From an uncultured Ectothiorhodospiraceae bacterium (GTDB lineage: Bacteria; Pseudomonadota; Gammaproteobacteria; S012-40): a stretch of DNA of 64,000 bases. Made by a program: the position numbers and the translations under genes. The DNA lies in NCBI GenBank assembly GCA_964636675.1, contig CAZWUO010000001.1, forward strand, positions 639 through 64,638, read 5' to 3'. This document shows, one piece after another, positions 48,233 through 58,769 of this stretch (position 1 is the stretch's first letter; the number at the start of each line of letters is the position of its first letter). The notes beneath the pieces were generated by a model that was not told the DNA's origin, made no database searches, and saw nothing but the letters and a program-made list of their open reading frames with translations.

Positions 48233-50197
48233 ATGTTTAAAGTTCGTGATGACGAACCGAGTTATGCATTTATTCCCGATGTAGAAACCTCTGATATAAA
48301 CCAATGGGGAAAAAAAATTGAAACCGTCACAGAAGATGACGCGGCGCGGGGTAAATCATTAAATATAAACGGCGATAGCGGCGTAGGCTCAAATGTTAAC
48401 CGTTACAAACAACATGGTTTTCATTTTACCGCCGATAATTGCATTGGCTGTCACGCGTGTGAAGCGGCATGCAGTGAAAAAAACGATTTACCGGCGTATT
48501 TAAGTTTTCGTTCAGTGGGCTATATTGAAGGTGGAAGTTATCCCGCCTATCAACGACTCAATATTTCCATGGCCTGTAATCATTGTGATGATCCAGTGTG
48601 TTTAAAAGGTTGTCCTACCCGCGCATATACAAAATATCCAGAATACGGTGCCGTATTACAAGACCCAGATACCTGTTTTGGTTGTGGCTACTGCACCTGG
48701 GTTTGCCCCTATAACGCGCCCCAACTGGATTTATCCAAAGGCGAAGTATCAAAATGCAATATGTGTGTAGATCGCTTAGAAGTGGGACTAAAACCCGCGT
48801 GTGCAGCAGCTTGTCTAGGCAGTGCATTGGATTTTGGATTAATCGAAACAACGCCTGAGCACAAAGAACAAGCAAAAATTAATATACCAGGGTTTCCTGA
48901 TCCTCGTATCACCAACCCAAATATTCGTTTTCAACAAACCCGCTCATTACCCCGAGAGATGACCCGCACTGACTCGCAACCCTTGCGTTATCAACGCGAC
49001 GAGCAAGGGCAGGGCGAGTATAAAAGCAAGGCCGTTAATCAATCGCTGAGCAAAGAATGGAGCTTTAAAAAACTCAGTTCACGCGAAAATCCCTTAGTCA
49101 TTTTTACGCTGATATCACAGGCGGTAGTGGGCGCATTCTCGCTATTATATTTAGCACCCTTATTCGGAGTATCCGAGCTTTCAAGCGCGAGTAATCCTAT
49201 TACGGTGCTCAGCATGTTGATCTTTATGTTCGTTATACAAGTTGCTGCCCTGGGCATGTCAACCATGCATCTTGGCAAGCCACACCGTTTTTATCGTGCC
49301 TTTAATAATTTGAAATATTCACCGGTGGGCCGAGAAGTGGCCTCGTTAGCGGTATTTTTTACGTTATTTGCAGGCTATGTATTTTTGGAGTCGGGTTTAT
49401 TATCTGGGTTGCCAGAAACGGTGGTAAGCACTGCATCTCATATTATAGGTCTCTTAGCACTCGTCATGGGGCCGATCTTTATTTATGCGATGCATAAAAT
49501 TTATCGTATAGAGGCACGCCCATTTTGGAATCATTGGCAGGTGTTGACCACTTTTTTTGGCAATACGCTCGCATTAGGGGCTTTATTAGTAATACTTTCA
49601 TTTGCCTTTTCAATGGCACTACAGTCACAAAGCTTTCTACCACTCATTAGCATACTCGCACCGATATTGTTATTCGGCTTATTGCTCGAGGGCTATGGTT
49701 TATATCAACACAAAAAGGATTTACAGAAAACAGGTGGCGAAGGTGCTGCTGCACAATTGGTGCAAGAAACCAGGTTTGGAAAAACGTATCAACTGCGCAA
49801 CCTGGCCTTGGGAGTATCAATAAGTATCGTCGGCATATTATCTCTTGCCAATATTGAAGGCTTCATCGGCTTTGTCGCATGGTTTTTAGTCGGTGCGCTT
49901 ATTATTGCGACGGCGGTCGTAGGGCGAGCTTTATTTTATGTATTAGTCATACCCACTACCATGCCCGGTGCCTTTTTCTGGAAAAACACGGGTTTTCAAG
50001 ACCATGCTAGAGAAACCGGTTTAGCCGACATGCAACAAGTTGGCGTGTTACCTAAAACCGATTACCATCATGAACTCATGGCCAGAGCCAAAGCAGATAT
50101 CGCCGCAGAAATAGCGCAAATTCGGCAAGAAGGTTGGCTAAAAGGCATTACTGCTCGGTTGTTTAAAAGAGTAAAAATTATAAAAGAAGGTTTATAA
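48233..50197 (+). CDS. Fusion of a four-cluster ferredoxin (DmsB/NarH-like) with a polytopic DmsC/NrfD-like membrane anchor
   Basis: aggag SD 18 nt after the nasA stop. Four Cys clusters (CIGCHACEAAC, CNHCDDPVCLKGCP, CFGCGYCTWVCP, CNMCVDRL...CAAAC). Then about 8 TM helices including MHLGKPHRFYRAF (DmsC-like motif). No signal peptide. Confidence 0.7.
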   Translation: MFKVRDDEPSYAFIPDVETSDINQWGKKIETVTEDDAARGKSLNINGDSGVGSNVNRYKQHGFHFTADNCIGCHACEAACSEKNDLPAYLSFRSVGYIEGGSYPAYQRLNISMACNHCDDPVCLKGCPTRAYTKYPEYGAVLQDPDTCFGCGYCTWVCPYNAPQLDLSKGEVSKCNMCVDRLEVGLKPACAAACLGSALDFGLIETTPEHKEQAKINIPGFPDPRITNPNIRFQQTRSLPREMTRTDSQPLRYQRDEQGQGEYKSKAVNQSLSKEWSFKKLSSRENPLVIFTLISQAVVGAFSLLYLAPLFGVSELSSASNPITVLSMLIFMFVIQVAALGMSTMHLGKPHRFYRAFNNLKYSPVGREVASLAVFFTLFAGYVFLESGLLSGLPETVVSTASHIIGLLALVMGPIFIYAMHKIYRIEARPFWNHWQVLTTFFGNTLALGALLVILSFAFSMALQSQSFLPLISILAPILLFGLLLEGYGLYQHKKDLQKTGGEGAAAQLVQETRFGKTYQLRNLALGVSISIVGILSLANIEGFIGFVAWFLVGALIIATAVVGRALFYVLVIPTTMPGAFFWKNTGFQDHARETGLADMQQVGVLPKTDYHHELMARAKADIAAEIAQIRQEGWLKGITARLFKRVKIIKEGL

Positions 50198-50287
50198 ATA
50201 CCGAGCTTTAATCTCCCCAAGGTGGATTTGTCATTGTCGCAAATAACTTGAAATAAAAAATGTTATATCAATATAAAGGGATTTGTA

Positions 50288-50623
50288 ATGAGCGATGTTG
50301 GGGAAGAGCACGAAGAAGTTTTCCTGATTACCCAAGCGTGGGTGAAGCCAGGGACTTTTGAAGAACTCAAAGCATATCGCATAAAGGTTCTAAAGATTCT
50401 GGAACCATTTTCACCCGATTTTATTTTTTATAATCATCCATTTGAATGGGTATTTGACGCTGGGGAAGATGAGACTCCCAGCGGCATAGAAGTTTGCCGA
50501 TTTCAAAATGAACAAATCGCCCGTGCAGCAATAGCAGCCATTGAAAGTTCAGGTATACGTGCGGAAGAAAGTAATGTTTTTAGGAAAATTCGAAGTTACT
50601 TAAGCTGTTATTCCTTGCGCTAG
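50288..50623 (+). CDS. Small hypothetical protein (111 aa)
   Basis: ORF with plausible start. No confident motif. Confidence 0.45.
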   Translation: MSDVGEEHEEVFLITQAWVKPGTFEELKAYRIKVLKILEPFSPDFIFYNHPFEWVFDAGEDETPSGIEVCRFQNEQIARAAIAAIESSGIRAEESNVFRKIRSYLSCYSLR

Positions 50624-50779
50624 ATATGATAATTCGGAGTTATTAGCCTTAGTTGTAGTGGTCTAATAAAACCGTACCAACCAATAGGTGGTAAACTCCA
50701 CCAACAAGCGAGGTATGAAAAAATGCCAGAGCTATCAGTATTGCTCAACCTATTAAATGGAGCAAGGTAATCTAGAATA

Positions 50780-51121
50780 ATGGAATTAAGTGATATCGTT
50801 TTACTCGCCTTGTTTTTTTTACTTGCGCGGTTTTGGTGGCAGACTTTAGAAGCGCGAGAGATGGCGGAGAAGCTGTGTAAAAATGCATGTATTAAAGAAA
50901 ATGTGCAATTACTCGATGGCACGGTATCGCTTAAAAAACTACGTTTTGAAAAATCGACACGAGGTCGCCGAATGTTGTTAAGGTATTTCAGTTTTGAATT
51001 TTCGGCAACCAGTGATGATAGAAGAGAAGGCGTTATTGCCATGCATGGGATTAGGCAGCAATATTTAGTCATGGATTTACCTGAAGAATCGATTATTACG
51101 GTTTCATCTGACGAAGAATAA
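50780..51121 (+). CDS. Small membrane-anchored hypothetical protein (DUF3301-like pattern)
   Basis: N-terminal TM (IVLLALFFLLARFWW), then a basic helix, LLDGTVSLKKLRF and FEFS motifs resembling the DUF3301 family. Preferred over the overlapping antisense ORF at 50620..51072. Confidence 0.5.
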   Translation: MELSDIVLLALFFLLARFWWQTLEAREMAEKLCKNACIKENVQLLDGTVSLKKLRFEKSTRGRRMLLRYFSFEFSATSDDRREGVIAMHGIRQQYLVMDLPEESIITVSSDEE

Positions 51122-51228
51122 CCCTTTGATTCTAAGCTTTACCCCGTTCGTTTTGGCATGCTAGGTTGTTGGAGTACTCGTTTAGCCAGCTTATTTTATA
51201 TTTAACATCGTAATAAAGGTTTAACTCT

Positions 51229-52029
51229 ATGAATGACCCTGCTATTCGGTTTATCGATTCTCATTGTCACCTCGATTGTTTGGAGGGTGCGGAAGAGACT
51301 AATGGGGTAAAAAAATATCTTGATCGCGCCAAAGAAAACGGTGTGTCGGATTTTCTTTGTGTGTCGATAGATATGGAAAACTATCCTAAAGTTAAAGCCT
51401 TATCGCAGCAATTTGATAATGTTTATGCGTCTGTGGGGGTGCATCCTAATCATCGCGATAATCGTGAATCCTTAGTTGATGAGTTAATAACAGAAGCGCA
51501 GGATAAAAAAATCGTTGCGATAGGGGAAACCGGCTTGGATTATTTTCGCTCAGAGGGCGATTTAGAATGGCAGCGTCATCAGTTTCGGCGCCATATTGAT
51601 GCGGCCAAACAATGTCATAAACCTCTCATCATCCACACACGAGAAGCCCAACAAGATACCATTAACATCATGCAGGCTGAGAATGCAAATGAAGCAGGGG
51701 GTGTAATGCATTGTTTTACTGAGGATTGGAGTATGGCAAAGCAGGCGCTTGATATGGGTTTTTATATTTCATTCTCAGGCATTGTTACGTTCAAAAGTGC
51801 TAAACAGATCCATGAAGTTGCGCAGAAAGTACCTGCGGATCGAATGTTGATTGAGACCGATTCACCGTATCTTGCGCCGGTACCCCATCGTGGCAAGCCC
51901 AACGAGCCGGCTTATGTGCGCTATGTGGCCGAATTTTTGGCCGAACTCAGAAATCAACCGTTGGCGCAAATTGCAGTGCAAACAAGCCAGAATTTTGCGA
52001 CGCTCTTTGCGCTACCTCACTTGAAGTAG
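51229..52029 (+). CDS. tatD: TatD-family metal-dependent DNase/hydrolase
   Basis: IDSHCHLD N-terminal motif and TIM-barrel hydrolase His/Glu/Asp ligands (GETGLDY, HTREA, ETDSPYL). Confidence 0.85.
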   Translation: MNDPAIRFIDSHCHLDCLEGAEETNGVKKYLDRAKENGVSDFLCVSIDMENYPKVKALSQQFDNVYASVGVHPNHRDNRESLVDELITEAQDKKIVAIGETGLDYFRSEGDLEWQRHQFRRHIDAAKQCHKPLIIHTREAQQDTINIMQAENANEAGGVMHCFTEDWSMAKQALDMGFYISFSGIVTFKSAKQIHEVAQKVPADRMLIETDSPYLAPVPHRGKPNEPAYVRYVAEFLAELRNQPLAQIAVQTSQNFATLFALPHLK

Positions 52030-52130
52030 GTAACATACCTTTTTGAATATTATTGTTTTTTCCTCTTGTTTTCATGGTAAACACGGTTTAAGACTGTTTT
52101 TAGACGCGCGCATCAGTTAAAATCCACAGC

Positions 52131-52994
52131 ATGTTAATATATCCAGAAATTGATCCCGTTGCGCTTGATTTAGGCCCGATTAAAGTCCATTGGTATGGGC
52201 TAATGTATTTAGTTGCTTTTGCCACTGCGTGGTATTTAGGCAAGATACGTGCGAACAAGCCTGGTTCCGCGTGGAACACAGACCAAGTAAGCGATGTTAT
52301 ATTTTACGGCGCACTCGGTGTCGTCCTTGGTGGGCGAATAGGTTATGTGTTGTTCTATAATTTCGGCGAGTTTGTTGCTGATCCGCTGATTCTGTTCCGT
52401 GTATGGGAAGGTGGCATGTCTTTCCACGGAGGCATGTTAGGTGTCTTCGTTGGAATGTATCTGTTTGCCAGAAAAACCAATAAAACGTTTTTTCAAGTCA
52501 TAGACTTTATAGGGCCGCTGGTTCCTCTGGGTTATTTTGCGGGTCGCATCGGTAATTTTATCAATGGTGAATTATGGGGTAGGGCGACCGATGTGCCTTG
52601 GGGCATGGTGTTTCCACAGGCCGGTAATTTTGCGCGCCATCCCTCGATGTTGTATCAAGCGGTACTTGAAGGACTGGTTTTATTCTTAATTTTATGGATT
52701 TATTCTGCTAAACCCCGACCTACGATGGCGGTGTCCGCGGCCTTTTTAATCGGTATGGGATCCTTCCGTATTATCAATGAATTTTTTCGCGAGCCAGATG
52801 CACATTTAGGATTTATTGCATTTGACTGGATGACCATGGGGCAATTACTTTCGCTTCCGATGGTGTTGGCCGGTGCACTTCTTATGTGGTTTGCTTATCA
52901 TAAAGCATCGCCGACGATAAGCGATACGCCGGCGCGCTCAAAGGATCGTACGCAAAATAAATCAGCACGTAAATCTAAGAAAAAATCAAAATAA
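52131..52994 (+). CDS. lgt: Prolipoprotein diacylglyceryl transferase
   Basis: HWYGLMY, the [13 protein letters not shown] signature and a basic C-terminal tail. Confidence 0.9.
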   Translation: MLIYPEIDPVALDLGPIKVHWYGLMYLVAFATAWYLGKIRANKPGSAWNTDQVSDVIFYGALGVVLGGRIGYVLFYNFGEFVADPLILFRVWEGGMSFHGGMLGVFVGMYLFARKTNKTFFQVIDFIGPLVPLGYFAGRIGNFINGELWGRATDVPWGMVFPQAGNFARHPSMLYQAVLEGLVLFLILWIYSAKPRPTMAVSAAFLIGMGSFRIINEFFREPDAHLGFIAFDWMTMGQLLSLPMVLAGALLMWFAYHKASPTISDTPARSKDRTQNKSARKSKKKSK

Positions 52995-52997
52995 GCC

Positions 52998-53792
52998 ATG
53001 CAGCAATATTTAGAATTATTACGCCATGTGTTGGCCAACGGTCATAAAAAAGAGGATCGCACGGGCACGGGCACCTTAAGTGTTTTTGGACACCAGACAA
53101 GATATGATTTAACCCAGGGTTTTCCTGTCGTCACCACAAAAAAGCTTCATCTGCGCAGCATTATTCATGAGCTTCTTTGGTTCTTAAAAGGTGATACTAA
53201 TATAAAATATCTTACGGATAATAAGGTGAGTATTTGGGATGAGTGGGCCGATAAGAATGGCGATTTAGGCCCCGTCTATGGATCACAATGGCGTCAATGG
53301 GTAAAAAATGACGGCTCCCATGTTGATCAAATTTCTAATCTCATCCAGCAAATTAAAAGCAATCCAGATTCACGGCGATTAATTGTTTCCGCGTGGAACG
53401 TAGCTGAGATAGATGATATGGCGTTACCGCCTTGCCATGCCTTTTTTCAATTTTATGTTGCCAACGGCAAGTTATCCTGTCAGCTTTATCAGCGCAGCGC
53501 AGATTTGTTTTTAGGCGTTCCGTTTAATATTGCATCGTATGCTTTGTTAACCCATATGCTAGCCCAGGTAACGGGTTTACAGGTTGGAGAGTTTATTCAT
53601 ACTCTGGGTGATGCACATATTTATGTTAACCACATGAGCCAAGTAGAGCTCCAGCTCACGCGTAAACCACACACCTTGCCACAGTTAAAAATCAATCCAG
53701 AAGTGCGGGATATTTTTGAATTTCAATACGCTGATTTTGAGCTGGTTAATTATACCTGTGATGCAGCCATTAAAGCACCGGTAGCGGTTTAA
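52998..53792 (+). CDS. thyA: Thymidylate synthase
   Basis: Near-identical blocks to E. coli ThyA ([33 protein letters not shown]). 264 aa. Confidence 0.95.
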   Translation: MQQYLELLRHVLANGHKKEDRTGTGTLSVFGHQTRYDLTQGFPVVTTKKLHLRSIIHELLWFLKGDTNIKYLTDNKVSIWDEWADKNGDLGPVYGSQWRQWVKNDGSHVDQISNLIQQIKSNPDSRRLIVSAWNVAEIDDMALPPCHAFFQFYVANGKLSCQLYQRSADLFLGVPFNIASYALLTHMLAQVTGLQVGEFIHTLGDAHIYVNHMSQVELQLTRKPHTLPQLKINPEVRDIFEFQYADFELVNYTCDAAIKAPVAV

Positions 53793-53795
53793 TCA

Positions 53796-54296
53796 ATGAT
53801 AGTATCCTTGATCTGGGCAATGGACGATAATCGGGTCATTGGACTGGATAATAAATTACCTTGGCGTTTACCGGCTGATCTACAGTATTTCAAAAAGACC
53901 ACGTTGGGCAAGCCCATCATCATGGGCCGTAAGACGTTTGAATCCTTTGGCAGTAGGCCATTACCGGGAAGAAAGAATATCGTAATCACTCGCGATCAGA
54001 GGTATGCGCCCGATCCCGATATTACAGTGGTAAGCTCTATAGAGAGTGCGCTTACCGCAACAGGTGATGTCGATGAAGTCATGATTATTGGTGGTCAACA
54101 AATTTACTCTCAGACATTATCACTCGCTGATCGTTTATATATTACAATCGTCCACTCAGAGTTCACGGGGGACGCTTTTTTTCCTGAATTTAATTTAGCT
54201 GCTTGGCGAGAGATAAAACGGGAAGACTGTAAAGCAGATGAAAAAAACCCTTACAACTATAGCTTTATTCTTATGGAAAGAATAACAACATCCTAG
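53796..54296 (+). CDS. folA: Dihydrofolate reductase
   Basis: MIVSLIWAMDDNRVIG, GRKTFESFG and IGGQQIY motifs. 4-nt overlap region with thyA. Confidence 0.9.
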   Translation: MIVSLIWAMDDNRVIGLDNKLPWRLPADLQYFKKTTLGKPIIMGRKTFESFGSRPLPGRKNIVITRDQRYAPDPDITVVSSIESALTATGDVDEVMIIGGQQIYSQTLSLADRLYITIVHSEFTGDAFFPEFNLAAWREIKREDCKADEKNPYNYSFILMERITTS

Positions 54297-54304
54297 CTTA
54301 CCTA

Positions 54305-54667
54305 TTACGCATATAAATCCACTCCAAGCATTTGCTGTATTTCTTGCAATTTATTAAAGTTTTCATTTTTTTTATAGCTTGATATAGCGCTTTGTGCTTG
54401 CGGGTGATAGCGTTCGAGTTCAATTTTGGAAGAAAGTGTTGCGTCGTATTTTTGCGCAAGACTTTCCGCGTAGTTTATTTGTTGTACGGACTTCTGTTGT
54501 GCTTCAGGCGTAATAGCTTGTAGCATTAAACGGTTTGCGGCAGCTGATTTTTTACTCGGTATTGGTGAAATCGCGGCAGCTAACGCGTGGGATTCGATAT
54601 TATTTCGGGATATTGCTTGCGCGCGAGCGTATAAAAAACCTTGTGAAGATAGGGCGGCGATTGACAA
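54305..54667 (-). CDS. Hypothetical low-complexity protein (120 aa, Ala/Gln/Ser-rich)
   Basis: ORF only. No recognisable motif. Confidence 0.4.
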   Translation of the reverse strand: MSIAALSSQGFLYARAQAISRNNIESHALAAAISPIPSKKSAAANRLMLQAITPEAQQKSVQQINYAESLAQKYDATLSSKIELERYHPQAQSAISSYKKNENFNKLQEIQQMLGVDLYA

Positions 54668-54953
54668 AGAGATTTAAACTTAGCACAAACTGCTAAGTTC
54701 GACGCCTTAGAGATGGGGAGACAGGGATAAAAAAATAGACAGAGAAGGGCAGTTTTAGATCATCGCAATCGTCGCTGTGGGCATTAGTTACCAAAATATC
54801 GCGGCTCTTCAACTGCCTTCCTCCAAAACAAAAAGATGTCTTGAATAACTATAGTCGAAGCGAACTCAGAATCAAGAAGAGCTGGGTAAAAAATTTTACG
54901 CTTTCGTTTAATCACAGCAGCAGACAGGGACTGATGATAAAACTCCAATTAAA

Positions 54954-56189
54954 TCAATAAATTATACTGTCTGTATTGGAAGCGCGATCTAGGCCAATAA
55001 CGGTTTTCGAGTTTTTTGTAGCGTGAAAATTAACAGAATCTAGGTTTGCGCCGCTAACGTCCATTTTGTGTATGTTGGCAAAACGAAAATCAGCATGACT
55101 GAGATTAGCCATTGTGTAATTTGTCCATTTATTAATGGTGGATACCAATAGTGTTGATCGCAGTTTTGCCCGTTTGAAGCTTGCCTTACTTAGGTCCGCT
55201 TTTGTAAAGTCGGTATTGGCAATGTGCGACCAATTAAAATTGGCTAATTTTAAATTACATTCGACAAAATCAACATGCGATATCTTTGACTCTTCAAACC
55301 GGGCCTCGGTGAGTTTTCCAGCGTTAAAATTAATGTGCGAAAGTTTACTGCGATTGAAATTAGTGCCAATTGCAATGACATTTAAGAATGTGGAGTTTTC
55401 TATATTGGAAGTACTTAAATCCACTATTTGTAATGATGCACCGCTAAAATCTGATTGGGATATATGAGTATAGCTTAAATCAGAACCGTATAAATTACTA
55501 TTTTTCATGTTGGTCTTATCAAATCTAGCACCCAAAAAATTGCTATAACGTAAGTCTATAGAGGAAATATTGGAGCGCGTAAAATCCGAATATTGTGCTG
55601 TGATACGATTAAGTTTTGATAGCGCAAACGAACTGTTTATCACTTTAGCATCATTGAAATTACTCTTGCTTAGAATAGAGTTATGCACTACCACATTACT
55701 CATATTTGCTTTTCTCAGATTAGCGCCGGTTAAATTTACATTAATGAGAATCGCACCGTCTAAGTTACTTGTTTCGAGATTGCTATATGCTAAGTTTACA
55801 TTTGTAAGAATAGCGCCAGAAAAATTAATTTTTGCTAAATCACAATTTTCAAAATTAATATGCGATAGTTGAGAGTAACTAAAATTTCCATTTGCAATAT
55901 TACAGTTTTTTAAATGTATATTTTGTATTGTTGTGTATTCTGCATTGATGTTATTGAGCCGGATGGTGTTAAGCATCACGGCGTTAGCATTAGTATTGTT
56001 CGCTCGCTCTAAAAACACCTGATTATCCATGATAACATAGGTGTGCAAATTACTTGTTTGATTTATTGCACAAGCAAAAAGTGTAGGAATAAAAGTGAGT
56101 AAAATAATAATCCTAAGAAAAGCGAGGTTGCAAAAAGAATATTTATTAAGGGGGCTAGGAGGGCGTTTTTGCGGTTTTTTTAGCAACAT
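54954..56189 (-). CDS. Pentapeptide-repeat protein with an N-terminal signal/anchor
   Basis: About 60 consecutive A(D/N)LxX pentapeptide units (ANLSHADFRFANIHKMDVSGANLDSVNF...). N-terminal hydrophobic segment LAFLRIIILLTFIPTLFACA. The start is given at the internal Met (MLLKKPQ). The ORF-track start 56240 would overlap the tsaB 3' end by 86 nt. Confidence 0.7.
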   Translation of the reverse strand: MLLKKPQKRPPSPLNKYSFCNLAFLRIIILLTFIPTLFACAINQTSNLHTYVIMDNQVFLERANNTNANAVMLNTIRLNNINAEYTTIQNIHLKNCNIANGNFSYSQLSHINFENCDLAKINFSGAILTNVNLAYSNLETSNLDGAILINVNLTGANLRKANMSNVVVHNSILSKSNFNDAKVINSSFALSKLNRITAQYSDFTRSNISSIDLRYSNFLGARFDKTNMKNSNLYGSDLSYTHISQSDFSGASLQIVDLSTSNIENSTFLNVIAIGTNFNRSKLSHINFNAGKLTEARFEESKISHVDFVECNLKLANFNWSHIANTDFTKADLSKASFKRAKLRSTLLVSTINKWTNYTMANLSHADFRFANIHKMDVSGANLDSVNFHATKNSKTVIGLDRASNTDSIIY

Positions 56190-56841
56190 TATTTCGTAAG
56201 TAAACTGGAACCGCTTTCTCGGGAGGATAAATTTTTCCATCGATTAAATCTTGGTATGCTAAGTATGCAATATTCTCAGCCGAAGGTAAAGAATCCGTTT
56301 CGAATTCCACCATACTAGTAATGACTTGCTCTGCAAAGCAAGTCCGGTATGTGGTCCATGCATCACCTACTGCATACCACTTGACATCGGTTGACGTTGT
56401 TAGTGCCTTAGGTTGGCAAAGTCCTTCCGCAGCATTGACCAGCGTGCCCTTATCAAATTTGAACGCTCCCCAATAGACTTCTTGCATTTTTGCATCCATA
56501 ACAACGAGAATATTTTTTTGTTTATTTTCAATATGTGTTTTATGCGCCAAGGCAGCGAGCGATGATATTGGAATAATAGGTAGGTTTGCGGAAAATGCAA
56601 TCCCCTGGGTCACACCGGCGGCAATTCTAAGACCGGTAAATGATCCTGGCCCGCGTCCAAAGGCAATGCCATCGAGTTGCGAGGGCAATAATTTTTGTTC
56701 TGTTAACAGCTGATCACACATCGTTAAAATGAGATCGGAATGACCTCTAGGTGTGAGTTCATAAAGTGTTTTTACTTTGTCCTTTATCATCAGAGATGCC
56801 GAGCAAGCAGCCGAGGATGTATCTAAAGCGAGTAAATTCAT
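56155..56841 (-). CDS. tsaB: tRNA threonylcarbamoyladenosine biosynthesis protein TsaB (YeaZ)
   Basis: MNLLALDTSS N-terminus and an ASKHA fold without metal-binding His, typical of TsaB. 4-nt overlap with the upstream helicase gene. Confidence 0.85.
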   Translation of the reverse strand: MNLLALDTSSAACSASLMIKDKVKTLYELTPRGHSDLILTMCDQLLTEQKLLPSQLDGIAFGRGPGSFTGLRIAAGVTQGIAFSANLPIIPISSLAALAHKTHIENKQKNILVVMDAKMQEVYWGAFKFDKGTLVNAAEGLCQPKALTTSTDVKWYAVGDAWTTYRTCFAEQVITSMVEFETDSLPSAENIAYLAYQDLIDGKIYPPEKAVPVYLRNNVAKKTAKTPS

Positions 56842-58757
56842 GCTTCAATAATCTCTTCCACATTGAAAAAATGGCGAACGTCGTTGATGTTTTGGGTGAT
56901 TGGCATAGGCGGCAAGCTATGTAAAAAAGTTCTACCATAAAATCGACTTTGAATTCTAGGATCAAAGATAACCATGACGCCACGGTCGGTAAAATCCCGT
57001 ATAAGTCTGCCTACCCCTTGTTTCATAGAAATGACGGCTTGGGGTAGCTGGTAAGTTTTGAAGGGATCAAGACCAGACTCCCTGAAATTGGTGAGTCGTG
57101 CTGATGTAACGGGGTCTCCCGGAGAGGCGAACGGGAGTTTATCGATCATAACGCAGGACAATGCATCGCCGCGAATATCCACACCCTCCCAAAAACTAGC
57201 CGTACCTAAAAGAACGCCATTGCCACTTTTTTTAAATTCGCGCAATAGAGTACGTTTAGGTTTACTGCCTTGGATAAAGAGCGGATAAGATGAGTTCTCT
57301 AATAGCTGTGCTGCTTCTTGCAAATTCCGGTGACTCGTGAATAACAGAAAAGCTCTACCGCGGCTACATTCCAGAATATCTAATGCGTGTTTAACTAAAC
57401 AAGAAACAAACGTGTCTGCAGAGGGCGCGGGCATCTTATTCGGAAAATAGAGTAAGGTGTTTTTACTATAGTTGAAAGGACTATCCCAGGCATAGCAAAT
57501 TGCTTTTTCCAGCCCGAGTTGGTAGACAAAATAACTAAAGTCGTTCTCTACAGAAAGCGTAGCAGATGTAAAAACGACCGATTTGAATTTTTCTATAGGT
57601 TCTCTAAATTTGTCAGCGACATCTAAAGGAGTCGTGTGAAAAATAAAATTTCGCTCAGAGGTTTCGTACCAATGAATTTGCTTGGTTTTAATTTGTATCA
57701 TTTCGTTTAATAAAGATACAAATTTATCGCAGCGAGTTGAACATAACTCGAGTTGTTTTCCGCGTTCGGAGAATTCTTTTAGGTAGGATTGCAATGCTAC
57801 CAGGTTTTCCTGGCATTCCGCGATCGCTGATATAATGTTAGGTTCTCGACTAAATGCAAACCATGGCCCACGATTGGGCAGCTGCTTAAGATGGGTTTTG
57901 ATTTGATGACATGAAAGTATGAGCGGGTCAATATATTTTTTTACGCTGGCTAACAAGTCTGCGGCTTCTTCTTCAATGGCTTCTAATACATCATGGGTTA
58001 ATTCTTGTAACTGCCGGTAACTGACCATTTTACCAAAAAATTGACTGGCGATTTCTGGCAGATGATGCGCTTCATCGAATATAACGGTATCCGAACTGGG
58101 CAGCAGTTCGTTAATGGTTTCTTCCTGTAAAGCAAGATCAGCAAAAAACAAATGGTGATTGATGACAACGATATCCGATTTTTGCGCTTCTTTGCGGGCT
58201 TCTGCGACACAGCATCGATCTATATCGGGGCAATCTGATCCTAAGCAATTATCCGCGTTAGAAGTCACTAAGGGCCACACCGGAGAACCTTCGGCGATAT
58301 TTGCTAGCTCAGAAATATCCCCTTTTTTTGTCCGTAGTGACCAATCCATGATGTTATTAAATGCGACGACGTGTTCGCGAGAACTCAGACGTGCTTCTTC
58401 AGCATTTTTATTCAGTCGGAAATGACATAGATAATTCGCCCGGCCCTTTAATAATGCAATCTTTACAGGCAGACCTAAAACCTTGCAAACTCTAGGCAGA
58501 TCATCGAGAAAAATTTGATCTTGCAAGTGCTTTGTGCCGGTGGATATGAGTACTTTTTTACCGGATAATAATGCCGGTATGAGGTAGGCGAAGGTTTTAC
58601 CGGTGCCGGTTCCGGCTTCTACGATGAGCAGCTGGTTTTTTGCAATACCTTCTTCGATTTTTATAGCCATTTCGATTTGCGCCACACGTGGCGTATAGGC
58701 ATCTATCGCAGTTGCAAGCTTTCCGTTAGCGCCGAAAATGGTATTAATTGAGGACAT
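56838..58757 (-). CDS. yoaA: DinG-family ATP-dependent DNA helicase, YoaA-like (639 aa)
   Basis: Walker A EAGTGTGKT, DEAH box FDEAHHL, Fe-S Cys residues and a C-terminal helicase domain. Its length and adjacency to tsaB are as for E. coli yoaA-yeaZ. Confidence 0.8.
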   Translation of the reverse strand: MSSINTIFGANGKLATAIDAYTPRVAQIEMAIKIEEGIAKNQLLIVEAGTGTGKTFAYLIPALLSGKKVLISTGTKHLQDQIFLDDLPRVCKVLGLPVKIALLKGRANYLCHFRLNKNAEEARLSSREHVVAFNNIMDWSLRTKKGDISELANIAEGSPVWPLVTSNADNCLGSDCPDIDRCCVAEARKEAQKSDIVVINHHLFFADLALQEETINELLPSSDTVIFDEAHHLPEIASQFFGKMVSYRQLQELTHDVLEAIEEEAADLLASVKKYIDPLILSCHQIKTHLKQLPNRGPWFAFSREPNIISAIAECQENLVALQSYLKEFSERGKQLELCSTRCDKFVSLLNEMIQIKTKQIHWYETSERNFIFHTTPLDVADKFREPIEKFKSVVFTSATLSVENDFSYFVYQLGLEKAICYAWDSPFNYSKNTLLYFPNKMPAPSADTFVSCLVKHALDILECSRGRAFLLFTSHRNLQEAAQLLENSSYPLFIQGSKPKRTLLREFKKSGNGVLLGTASFWEGVDIRGDALSCVMIDKLPFASPGDPVTSARLTNFRESGLDPFKTYQLPQAVISMKQGVGRLIRDFTDRGVMVIFDPRIQSRFYGRTFLHSLPPMPITQNINDVRHFFNVEEIIEA

Positions 58758-58769
58758 GAATCACTATTT

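Noticed and set aside
50620-51072. 150-aa minus-strand ORF
   Set aside because: Overlaps the plus-strand DUF3301-like ORF (50780..51121), which has a sensible TM-plus-basic-helix organisation. The minus ORF has no motif.
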